A stretch of 64,000 bases of DNA from Geosiphon pyriformis uo1. Its lineage: Eukaryota > Fungi > Glomeromycota. The translations under genes and the position numbers were made by a program. Numbering within the stretch: position 1 is the stretch's first letter; every line of letters starts with the position of its first letter. The stretch lies in assembly GCA_016748015.1 (NCBI GenBank), contig JAAOMT010000046.1:310001-374000 (forward strand), in the 5' to 3' direction. The notes below the pieces were generated by a model. That model was not told the origin of the DNA, did not search any database, and saw only the letters and a list, made by a program, of their open reading frames with translations. This document shows, piece by piece, positions 48,701-60,669 of the stretch.

Positions 48701-50419
48701 ATTGGGGTCAGTCCTTCAAACAATTTTTTGGCAGGTGTTGTCTATGTTTTTAATGATTGTGATTTGTTCCTGGGCAACTCTTTGGCAAGTGCCTTTCATT
48801 TTCGTGGTGGCACGCCCATGTCCTTTGTTCTTGGTAAATCTCGTTTCCATAAATGTGTTTCTTTCCTCCACCACTATAATATTGCTTTTGTGGAGCAGCT
48901 ATGTGACCGGAATAGTGTTAATTTTAATTGGAAAACCTTCAAAAGGTGGAAGCGATTAGATCCTTGCAGCCCAGTTTCTGCTTGGTTTGAGGCTTCTGCT
49001 TATTTTTTAAATGACGTGATGCCTTTTCTTGATGACTTGCCACTTAGGACCATTTGTATTTCTTCTGGTATTTTGCAATCTCATGAGTTTGGTGTCATTA
49101 GTGATAGTTTGTTGCATGTTAACACTACTTGTCTTTCTGTATTTACAGATGGTTTTTTGAGTGGCTTAGAGACTGTTGATATGAAAGCTGGTGCTGCTTA
49201 TTTTGAAGATGTAGATTTGGGTTTGGGTGTTGAGGTATCTGGCTTGGTGTCTTCTATGATAGCAGAATTGCAGATGATTGCTTTGGCTCTGAAGTGCATT
49301 CCACTCTCTCATTCGATTGATCTGTTTTTGGACAGCCAGGCAGCTTTGGATGTGTGTAGATTTGAGTCTTCATTGCTTGGTCCTGACTTCAGAAATCATT
49401 GTTGGATGGAACATTACCACATAGTAAATGTTATTTGTCAGAAAAATTTGAGAGTTAATTGGGTTAAAGTTAGAGGTCACTCTGGTGTCTTGGGTAACAA
49501 ATGTGCTAATATGTTTGCTAAGACCGCAGCTTTATCTGGCTGGCACTTGCCTCATTCGATCAGTAAACAATTTTTGAAGACTGGTAATATTGCAATTTCT
49601 GGTAATTCTAGACATTTTGTTCATGACATTTTCCATTCTATTCATTGTGTGCATTGGGAGGTTGGTTCTGGTTCCCATGTTATGACAGCCAGTCTGTGTG
49701 CTGATATTAATTGGCCCAGGTCGTTATTGGTTTGGCATCTGGATTTTTACTTGGCTGCTGGCTTTATTAGTGTGCGGACTGCTGGTCTTTGTTCTTATTT
49801 TATGAAGACTTTACATCATCAGCTTCCAGTTGCTGTGCATAAGCATCTTTATAGTAGACTTTATTCTAGTGTAATGTGTTTATTCTGTGAAGATGTTGAA
49901 GTCTCAGATTATGTCTTTTCTTGCCTGTTTGATGCTACTGATTGTGTTTGGTTGATGGATATTTATGCTTCTGCTTGGAAGGTGTGTTCTGGATTATCTC
50001 GTTTTTTTTCATGTGTGTCTTAGTTACTATTTGATTGTGCTGCTAATGTGGATATTTGTGCTGCTCTGTGTAAGGGCTTTGTATTCAATGGGTGGTTTAA
50101 TGAGTCAGTTTCTGTCTTTAAGGATCCCGAAGTTGCGAGTTTAAATATAGTAAATTTTGTATGCAAATTGTGTGTCACTTTTCGGAAAGGCTTTTGGCTG
50201 GTTTGGGCCAAACATTAAGCTTTTATGGAAAAGAATGAGCTGATTCTACATGATGACTTCATTCCCATTTTGGTCTCTGGTCTTTCTTTGATGCTTTTGG
50301 CTGGTGTGGTTAGGTTACTGGATATTACCAATGCACATGATGTTAGTTTTGGGTTATGTAAGTCTCGTCAGTTTCTCTTAGATATCAGTGATGTGGTCTC
50401 TGTGTATATAGGTGAATAG
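45734..50419 (+). pseudogene. LINE D ORF2 (start ATG>ATA)
   Basis: GDFN, HPIALI, YDSVGW, FVDD, FTDG, RGHSG, CLFCEDVE. Confidence 0.93.
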
Positions 50420-52461
50420 TGTCATTCTAATTGGCCTGAGTGGCTAGTCACGTGTAGAAAGAACATGATTTGCACCTAGTTTAAATCATTTGTATGATGT
50501 ATAGTTCTAGGTTGTATTTGGACTTCACTCAATAAACGTAAAAAAAAAAAACTGTAAATTATGATATAACAAGTTATGAGTTCTTTTATCTGCTCTATAA
50601 AAAAATAACAACTCTACTAATAAAAACTAATATTAAAATAATATTTTTTGAAAAAACCATAATAAAAAAATACAAAGATACTTTGCAAAAAAAACTTGGT
50701 ACAATTTTTAACTTACTAATAAAAGCATAAATAATTGTTTTTAAAAAGATAAAACAGTTTCAAAAAAAGCTCAAAAAAAATATATACAAAATACTTTCTT
50801 TAAGTATTGGTAATCTAGTTTAGAATATTATTTAAACAGAAACAATATCTATAAAAATAAGTTTTTTAATTAATAAAAAAACTTTTTATTGTTAACAAAG
50901 TTTTAAATAATAGTTCTTATATCTTACAAAATTAATATAAAATAATCTTTACTGATTAGCCTATACATGATATACAATTCAAGAAATATTATAAACAATT
51001 TGATTGAATATCTGTTATAATAATACCAACTTAAATAATTAACAAAAATCAATTATAAATAGATGTATTATTTCCAAAACAAAAATATTTTTAATTAATA
51101 TAAACAATTATTTTCTGGATTAAAATACTTAAAACATTTTTTATACTTTTTATAAGTATTGAATCAAAAACAATCTAAATACTATTTTAACTATTAAAAA
51201 ACAAATTATTATAATTAATAATAATAGAATATACATTGTTATTAAACCAAAAAAAACCACTACTAAAAGAAAAAAAACTGGTAACAAAATAAATAAATAT
51301 ATATTTAAATACATAAATTTAATAATAATATTTTTTTTAATATATTTAGAAAAATAATTAAATAAATCTTGTTTATAAACAAAAATTTGTTATATGAAAA
51401 ACAATTAAAACTCTATAATTATTTTAGTAAAATCATAAAAGACATAAAGCTTTTAAAGAAAATATTTTAAAAATACAAACAAAAATTTTAAGTATTACAT
51501 AGTTAGATGTTTTAAAAATTTTAATTATTGTTAAAAAAGCTAAAACTCTTATATAAAAATTTGGTTTCTTAAATATAAAGTTTATTTTATTTCAAATTTT
51601 GTATATTTTATTAACAAAAAACTTTACTAAACTAATTAGTTTTGAGTTAAAAAAAATTTTTGATTAAAATATCTCATAAATAATTTAATTTTATCAAAGC
51701 TTAATCTCTTTAAAAAAGATAATATTATAATTAAAAATCATGGTTTTTATTAATTATTACATATATTAATTATTAATATTATATAGTTAATTATTTTATT
51801 TTTAAAAAGTAATTAATAATCTGATTAATAATCTGGTTGTTAATTTAATTGTTAATTTGATTATTAACTTAATTAATAACTTGATTGTTAATCTAATTAA
51901 TAATCTGATTATTGATTTAATTACTTATTTGGTTGTTAATTACTTTGAATAGTTATATAAGCAATATATCTTTTAGTTTTAAAAAAGCATGTTTTAATAT
52001 ATAAAATATATATAAATCAAAATAATAAAATTTTTTTCTAAATATTTAATTTTTTTTAATTTGCTTTTTTTTATAAATCTTTTTAAGTATTTGAATATCT
52101 TTGTAATAAAAAATTACTTGTTAATATTTATCTGTAATTATTAATTTTTAATATTATTAAATAAATATTATTAAAAAATATAATTAATATTTAATATTGA
52201 ATTTTAAGAGCAATATAAAGCATAAAATTATACTAATGTGTTGTTTTTTGTTAATAATACAGACTATTTTTTTACTTTCAGATTTTTTTGTTACCTTTTG
52301 AAAAAAATAGCAATTAAGATATTTATAAAACTAATCATATATATTAAATTTATATCAATTTAATTTGCTTTTTAAAGTTGAATTTTTTTTTAATTATTTT
52401 TATTCTTATATAATTTTGTTTTATTTTGCTATTTGTTAGCTTGTTATTTTAATTTGTAATA

Positions 52462-53050
52462 ATATTACAAATCTGTTATATTTTAATAAAATATAAAATT
52501 TCTTAAAAAACTTTAATATTATTTTAATTATTAACAATAATAACTTTTTTTATATTATTTAACCAGATTTGAATATTGTTAATAATTTTTTTTAATTTGG
52601 CAATTAAAGTATTATTGATATTATTAATAAAAAGAGTATATGTGTTAAAAGTAAATTTATTAAAAATAAAACTGCAATTATTAATAATATTAATAATAAA
52701 TTTATTTATATAGTTAAATTTATTGGATATTAAATTATTTTTAAAATTTAAATTATTTTTAAAATTTAAATTTTTAAAGTTTAAGATATAATTAGATTTA
52801 AAATCAGATTTTTTTTAATTGTTTTTTAATCTTGGTTTTTTTTTCTAATTTAGTCTTTTCTTAATTATTGATTACTTTAAAATTGAATTTTGGTAATAGT
52901 AATTATAATAATAATAGTATAAAAAATTACAATCAAAATTTTTTAAAATATTTCTCATATTTTTTTAATAAATTACTATTTTTAAAATAGTATTATCAGT
53001 AAAATTTCAAATTATTAATTAACATAAAATTATTTTTATAATTTCTGTTA
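52462..53050 (-). pseudogene. gag: gag relic of a very old family-A-like Gypsy (A3), cut by the B2 LTR
   Basis: Minus-strand NIQIWLNNIKKVIIVNN*N...ILYF aligns to A1 DTQVWLNNVEKTIAANRWN...IPYF; about 52880-52970 aligns to A1 21600-21690. Confidence 0.6.
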
Positions 53051-53697
53051 TTAATTAGCATATATTATTTTAAATTATTACTTATTATTTTATTAAATTA
53101 TTCAAATTATTATTTAATTAATAATTTAAGTTATATAAAACACAAATATAATTAAATTATAATCATATAATATACTAAATTATATAATATTCAAGAATTT
53201 ACCAAAATATTTAAAATTTGACAAAATATTTAACAGTTTATTAAAATAATCAATAATTTATAAAAATTTAATAAAAAATATCTTTAGTTTTCCAAAAAAA
53301 AATAATGCTAAATTATAAAATAGTATTATAATAAATTATATAAAAAAAACTTTTTTCTTTAAAAAATGTATTTTTTATCTTAGTTTAAAATTATCTTCCA
53401 TTTTTTATTTTCATTAAAATCAACAATTAACTACTACAAATTAATTTAATAAAAACTTATTTTAAAAACCCCAAAATTTTTTAATTATTATTGTTAGAAA
53501 TTAATAAATTAAAAACTAATATTTTAAAATTAATTAGCTATTAATTTTTTAAAAAAAAAAGTTTCTTTCTTTCCTTTGTCCCAAATTCCTAAAAAAGAGT
53601 TAAAAGTTTTTGAAAGAAGTTTTTTACAATTCAGTACAATAAATCAAAACCATTTTTACTTAACTATGAGACCATTGTTGGTCCCAGTGTGGCTGTG

Positions 53698-55475
53698 ATA
53701 AAAAAATCTGTCAAGAGCTTTAGTGTGGATACTGTTAGCAAAGATGTTGTTTCTAGAAAAAAAAGAAAAGGGAGTATTCTGAAAGACAGTATTGTTCATG
53801 ATATAATTTTACCTGATAAACCAGTTGGTAGTTCTTGGGAGTCTAAAGCTGGTGATACCACTGAATCTGACAGTAGGAATTCTTGATTGAGGAAATTAAT
53901 GTGGATTATGGAAAAAGGGATGTTCTTGAAGAAAAAGACAGTAACCAAATGCCAAAGGGTCCGAGATTGGTTACCAAGCAGGCTCTGGGCAAGCCTTTGG
54001 ACAAAATCAACTTTCTGGGCAATGATGATGATGATGAAATTCTCCTGGATGAACCTGTGGTGCTTCTCCCCCCTCTCAAAAAATTAGTTAATGTGTCTGC
54101 TAGGAAGTCTTTCACTTTGAATATTGATCTAGTTAATATTTCTGAAAAATCTGTTCAGGACAAGCTGGCTGTGGTCAGGAAATTATTTTCGAAAATCAAT
54201 GGTTTTGGGAGGGCCTCTACCCCATCAAAATTTTCTGGAATCATCCAGACAACGTTCACTTCCGAATTTAGCTTAATGAAAGCTACCAAATTAGCTGCTA
54301 ATGTAAAAATCTTAGTGAACACTAATCTTAAGAAATCAATTGGTTGCTCAGATTGGACTGTGGTGTTGAAAGAAATTCCAGTTGGAACATCAGCTAAAGC
54401 TGTGCATGCTGTGCTAACTGAATTTGGTACTATTAAGTCAATCAAGATGCAGTTGATAGGACTGTGGCAAAAAGTGATTGTTGAATTTGAGGAGCAAAAT
54501 TAGGCAGATTTTTTAGCAGTTAGATGGTCCATCCTAATTGGGAAAGATACGGTGCATATTGCCAGATCAAATTTGGACAAAATAACATAGGATATAAAAG
54601 ATTATTATAGAGTGCTGCTCTATACTCTTCTGGTGGGAACAAATGCTCATGACATCTGAGACTTCATTGGTTCTGTGGGTGAGAAAACATGTGTGATTAA
54701 TTGCCATCCAGTTACATATGTCCGGGCCAGATGTGCCATTGTTTGTTTTGAATCAGTGGAATCATTGGATGCTGTCATGGGAACCACATTCATGTTAAAA
54801 GATGCTTATCTTTGTTGGTCCTATCTTGGTTCTGCTAAATGTACAAAGTGTGGGAAACTGGGTCATACCTCTCTGGGCTGTGTGACAGGTGAGAAATCAT
54901 TCTCTGGTGGCTTGTCATGTCGGGTTTTTTCAGATGCAGATAAAAGCAGGTTGGCAGCCATTTATGCCAAGTGTTCAGTGCCTGTTGCTCATTCTGTTTC
55001 TTTCAGTGGTGTCTTGTGGGCCAAAATTGTTGTTGGGTTCTCCTTCTCTCCTTTTTCTGTTCGGAAGATTTTGTTGACTGATGGCTTCTCTTTGGAGATG
55101 AAGCCTACTCTGCAAGTATCCTCAGTGTTAAATGATAGGTTTGCTGCTCTTGAGTGCAGTCTCACCAGTTTCACAGAGTGTGTGGATAAGCTGGCTAAGA
55201 GGTTGAATACACCTAGGCCAACAGTTTCCCAGCTTAGCCCTAGATGTTAGCCATTGGTAACTTCTTCATTACAGAATCAAGAAGTGGATATAGTGATAAG
55301 TAAGAGTTCAGGTATGGCCACTGGTGGTAGAACTGTTGTGGAAATAGCAAATTTTGACTCTTTGGTTGTCTTGAGAATGGAAGAAATGTTGAGAATTCTT
55401 TCAGTTACAGTTATGAGCCTTTCAGCTAGAATAGACAATGCTAGTTTGATTCCTGCTCCTCATCTTTCCCAATGA
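53698..55475 (+). pseudogene. LINE E ORF1
   Basis: VVLKEIPVGTSAKAVHAVLTEFG, CTKCGKLGHTSLGC; ATGA overlap at 55472-55475. Confidence 0.9.
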
Positions 55476-58400
55476 CAGATCTGGTTTGGAAATTTGCTAC
55501 ATGCAATATTCGGGATATTAATGTCCCTACTAAGCAGAAAAACATTGTTTATTGGCATAGAGAAATGGGAAATTTGGTCTCAATAGTTATAGAAACAAAA
55601 TTAAGGTCTGGCTGCAGACCATGGATCAAAGATAGGTTTGATGGTGTTCAGGTTTTTACCTCTGGTTTGGATACAGGTTTTTTTGGTGCTAGGGTTGCCA
55701 TAATCATGGACGTTTTTCTGGCTCAGCATGTGAGTAAAATTTCTGAGGTGCCTGGTCAGCTCCTGTCTATCAAGTTGCTTTTCAAGAAAAAACTTTCAGT
55801 GTCAATTTTGGGACTTTATGTTGGTATCTCTTCAGTAGTTCAGTTCTTTCAGGCTGGTGATATCAACTCTCTTATTGCAAAGGCAGTCAACAAATTTTTT
55901 TTCATTATTCTTGGTGGTGATTTTAATGAAGATGGCTCCTGCAAATGTGCAAGTTTCAAGAAATGTCTTAATTTGGGACTAGTTAATTCCTTGGTTGGTA
56001 GTCCAGCTGTTAAGAAGCCTATTTGGACAAATTCCAGGGATATCAGAAAGACAATTGATTATATGCTTATATCCCTGAACTTAGTCAATGTGATAGTAAA
56101 TCGTGATGTTTTGGAAGTCAGTGAACATTTTAACACAAATCACCAATCTGTTTCTGTGTCTGTGGGTTTGGATGGACTTTTGGATATGCAGTTAAATTCT
56201 CTTCACAAGCAAGTGAATAAAAATCAATGGAAGTTTGACTTCAAGGATGTTGATGAGAGTAAATGGATCGATTTTAAGGGTGTCATGTTGCTTAATGCCA
56301 CAATGTTCTCAGATAAGTTTGCTGCCACTGCAGGATTCTCAGATTTGGATACAATGTGGAACATTTTTCGCAAAATTATGGTTCTTTTGGCCAATAAGGT
56401 GTTCAAAAAAAAATGGTTTAAGAACTATAATGGTGTTTTCACTAAGGAATCATTCAAATTTCATAAATTGGAACTTTTAGTATCGAGATTGATTAAGGCT
56501 TCTCAGTTGACTTGTCATGATAAATTTATTTTACTGTTAGATGTTTGGGGTTTTCTTGATGATGATAATGCTTCTGTGGTCAGATTTTTTTTTCTCTCTG
56601 GCTCTCTTTTTGATACTATTTGGTCAGCTCTCTCCAAGGTCAAAAAAATTTATCACTCACTTAAACTGGCAGAATCGAGACATGGAGAGAAATCTCAAAT
56701 CAAATTGGCAATCAACAAGAGGATGGAAAGTTTCGAGCTGAACAAAGGTCACACTATTCAAAGTATTTTAGAGCGTCCTTTCCGCAAGGTCATTTTGGAT
56801 CACTTGGTTGTAAACAATGAGCTAATTTTGGAACCTGGTCCTGTGAAATCAAAAGTGGATGAAATCATAGAAGGCTGGATTAGAAAGTGTAGGGTGGTTC
56901 CTGATATCCCGAAAGAGTGGTATCATCAGTATAGGCCTTTGAGCTATGTTTTTGACAAGGCTTTTTGGGGTGTGATGCAACCAATTGAGTTTTTGGAATT
57001 GTTTGGCATGGTTTCTGATCTACCTGATGGCAAGGCTGCCAGTCTCTTGGGTATTTCAAATGAGTTGTAGAAATATTGTGATAGGTCTGTTTTGGATATG
57101 TTGTTGATGCTTCTAAATTCTTGCTTATCTTGTAAATCTGTGCCTGGTCCTTGGAGGGAAGCCTGGATTTCAATGATCACTAAACCATATGAGTGGGAAG
57201 GAGTTCTCATGAACACCTGACCTATAGCTTTGATTGAAACAGCTTGCAAAATCCTCTCCAAAATTCTCTCTGACAGAATATTGCTGGCATGCAGTACTCA
57301 TGACATTCTTTATGAGGATAATTTTTCAGTTTTAAAGGGTACAACAACCCAAACTCCTATTTTTGCTATTGGTTCAGTTGTTGAGAATCCTTTGGAAAAG
57401 AATCGGAATCTCTGGCTGATATTGCAGGACATGCAAAAAGCATACAATTCTGTTGGATGAGAGCATCTCAAGAAGTGTTTGGTTAAGATCAAAATATATG
57501 GCAAGTTTATTCAGTTTTTTGGTAATATTCATAGAAATCGGACCAATTGGGTTATAACAGATTTCAGTTTATTTGATGGCTATTGCACACATGATGGGTT
57601 GGACCAAGGAGAAGTTTTTTTGCCTCTTCTTTAGCACATTTTTTATGACCCATTTTTGTGTAAAGTCAAGCATCAGAAAAGTGTGTATGGTTATAAACTC
57701 AATTCTTATTTTGTCTCCAGGAGTGGTCGCTCTGAATTTCAAGCTGGGCTTTCTTTTTTTTTTGCTGCTGGGGCCTTTGTTGATGACACAATTTGGGTTG
57801 GCAGCAATCAGGCTGCTACTCAACATATTCTCAACATTGCTAGTGAATTTTTTCGAATCAATAACATTTCAATTAATAATGACAAAACTATGACCATTTC
57901 TATTAATAGCAGAATCAGCAATCAGTCTCTTTTTATCAGTGGTTCACCCATTTTTATAGCCAAAAAAGGTGAATCTTATTGGTATTTTGGTATCTTTCTT
58001 TCAACTGATGGTCTTTCTAAGCCTAGTTTGGCTAAAGCACATTTGGACATTTGTTTCTTCAGCAATTTGGTTCTGAGAAAAGTGGTTTCAAATAAGCAGT
58101 TTTTGTACCTGGTGTCAGCAGTTCTCTATCCCATAATCAGCTACAGGATACAGTTCAGCTTTGTTTCTGTTGGTGTGTACAACAAATGGGATACTCTGAT
58201 TTGTAAGTGTTTAAAGCTTAAATCTGGTCTTCTTCTCGATTTTTTTAGTGATACAATTTACCATTCCTTCTTTTATGATTTGAAATTTTTTTCTTAGTGT
58301 CAGTCTGAAAGCAAAATTGCTTCACTTATTAGTTTTGTAAACTCCCATGGGGTTCTGAGTTAATTGTTCAGTCACAGGTCTCACAACTTGCAAGTTCTAA

Positions 58401-60151
58401 GTTGGCACCCCATTCATTCATTGAATTTTCCAGCTCATGTTTGTGTCAGTGCTTCTAATAATTTTTTGTCAGGTGTGGTTTGCATTCTTCTTGACTGCAA
58501 TTTATTCTTGGGTGGCTTTTTGGCCAGCTCTTTTTGGCTTCATAATAGGGTGCCTATGTCTGCTGTTCTGGACAAAATCTTTGTTTTTCAAATTCCTGCC
58601 TTCCCTCCGATGTTATGGCATTGCCTTTGTGGATCAGCTTTGTGATTGTCATGGAGATGTCTTCAACTGGTACACCTTTAAGTAGTGGAAGAGACTGGAT
58701 CCTTGTGGCCCAGTTCCTGAATGGTTCAAGCTTTTTGTTGCATTTCTCGGTGGTCCGCCCCCTCTCCTTCGGCTTTAATTGGTGTTAGTTCTCTAAACAT
58801 TTGCGAGTCTAGTGATTTTGTGTCTGTCAGAGATCATCTCTCTCAAGTTGGTTCTGGTAGTTTGTCTGTTTATACAGATGGTTCTCTGAAAAATTTGGGC
58901 ATGCTGGATTGTTGAGGTGGTACTGCAGCCTTTTTTGAGAACATTAATTTGGGTTTGGGTGTCAGTGTTTGTGGTTTGGTTTCATCTACTTTGGTGGAGT
59001 TGCAGGCCATTGCTTTAGCTTTGGAATGTATGCCAAAGTTATGCTCTGTTCGCTTGTTTTCAGATAGTCAAGCTGCTTTGGATGCTTGCAAATCAGAATT
59101 GGGTCTGATGTGTTCTGACTTTCACAATCAGTGTTGGGTTGAGCATTGACACATTAGGAATGTTATTTGCAGCAAAAATTTGAAAGTCAGTTGGCACAAG
59201 GTAAAGGGCCACTCTGGAATTTTGGAGAATGAATGTGCTAACAGTTTCGCTGATGCTGCTTTTCTCTCTGGTTGGTTCCTTCCTTCTTATGTGAGTGAAT
59301 ATTTTTTGGTGGCAAATGATGGTATAGTTTCAGGTAATTCTAGGCACTTTGTTTGGGATGTTTTTCGAGCTGTCTGTCATGTGCGTTGAAAGGTTGGTTC
59401 TGGTTCTAGCTTTCTGGTAGATGGTTTGCTTTTGGATGTCAATTGGCTCAGATCTTCCTGGGTGTGGCACCCTGACTCGCACATGGCCACAGGTTTTACC
59501 AGTAGGCACACTGCTGATTTTCGTACCTACTTTATGAAGGCTTTATACTATTGGCTTCTTATAGCAGTTCAGAAGTGTTTTTATAATAAATGTTATCCCA
59601 GTGTTCTGTGTCTGTATTATGGGAAGGTAGAGATTTTGGATCATGTTTTTTTTTGCACAGTTAATAGCTCAGCTCATTGCCAGATTTTGAATTCCAGTAT
59701 GTCATCTTGGAAAGGACTTTTGGGTCTCTCTATTTTTTCTTTGTGTGTGTTGTAGTTGTTGTCGACCTGTGCTCCAGATTTCTTGGTGTCATTAGCTCTG
59801 TTTAAGAGTTTTGTTTTTAATGGATGGTTCTCAGAGGCTGTTTCTGTTTTCTATAATCCCAAGGTTGCTGGTGTCAGAATTACCGATTTTGCATGTTTTC
59901 TTTGTCTCGCTTTTAGAAATGACATTTGGTTGGTCTATGCTAAACATTGCGCCTTTATGGAGAAGCATGGGCTGATCCCTATGGATGACTCAGCTCTCAC
60001 CTCAATTTTTGGTTCAGCTTTAAAGTTTTCTACTGGTGTGGTTAAATTGCTTGGGATGTCTGAAGCTTTTGGGATTTGTTTTGGTTTTCGTAAACACTGT
60101 TTATTTTTTTCTGGTATAGATTCCTTAGTTTCTGTAGTTATTACAGTATAG
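55472..60151 (+). pseudogene. LINE E ORF2 (APE, RT, RNase H, Zn finger)
   Basis: 532-aa open APE part; AFVDDT; VYTDGS; KVKGHSG. Confidence 0.93.
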
Positions 60152-60669
60152 TGTTGTTCTGACTGGTTTGAGTGGCTGGTCACATGTACAAAACGCATAA
60201 TTCATGTCTAGTTTAGATTATTTCTTTGATGTATAGTTCTAGGTAGTGTGTGGACTTTGCTTGTTAAGCATAATAATAATAATAATTAATTTTAATAACT
60301 GTTAGTACTTTTGGCTTAAATTTGAAATGATTTTTTTGAACTTATTTTTTATTTTTTTTCTTTAATTTAGTTTTTTTTTTTGTTTTTTTTATATTATTAA
60401 CTTATAATCAAAATTTTTTGTAAAAAAATTAACTTTTACAGCAAAATAACTACATATTATTAAAAAGCTTATAAACAAAATTTTTTTGTAAAAGAGTTGA
60501 TTTTTATCACAAAGTAATTACACAAAATAATTGACATGAAATTGATTATTTTATTATAAATCCAATAATATATATAATTTAAAATATAGAAAAATACTTT
60601 GAAAAAAAATTAGCTTATCAAAAATTTATCAGCTTTTATTAACAATAGAATTAACAACAAAACAATATT

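Larger units (their letters stand above)
43681..50547 (+). mobile_element. LINE D, full-length
   Basis: TSD aaaactgtaaat at 43669-43680 and 50548-50559 (the A part is ambiguous with poly(A)); 5' UTR like LINE C. Confidence 0.95.
42877..52461 (+). mobile_element. 3' half of a second family-B Gypsy (B2): RH-IN spacer, integrase, ORF3 region, 3' LTR (51723-52461); host to LINE D
   Basis: 42877-43680 plus 50560-51720 colinear with 33313-35255; LTR follows the PPT-like aaaaaagataa and ends TGTAATA. Confidence 0.8.
53549..60284 (+). mobile_element. LINE E, full-length, (TAA)n tail
   Basis: 5' UTR like A and B; probable TSD attaatttt at 53540-53548 and 60285-60293 (low complexity). Confidence 0.92.

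Noticed and set aside
18694-52465. atat as a TSD uniting B1 and B2 into one element with a duplicated 3' half
   Set aside because: Low-complexity match; the flanks are unrelated (inverted LTR fragment versus A3 gag) and the B2 LTR is a different subtype.
60294-60659. Identity of the AT-rich spacers 53050-53540 and 60294-60659
   Set aside because: Too decayed to assign by eye; probably further TE relic, so left unannotated.
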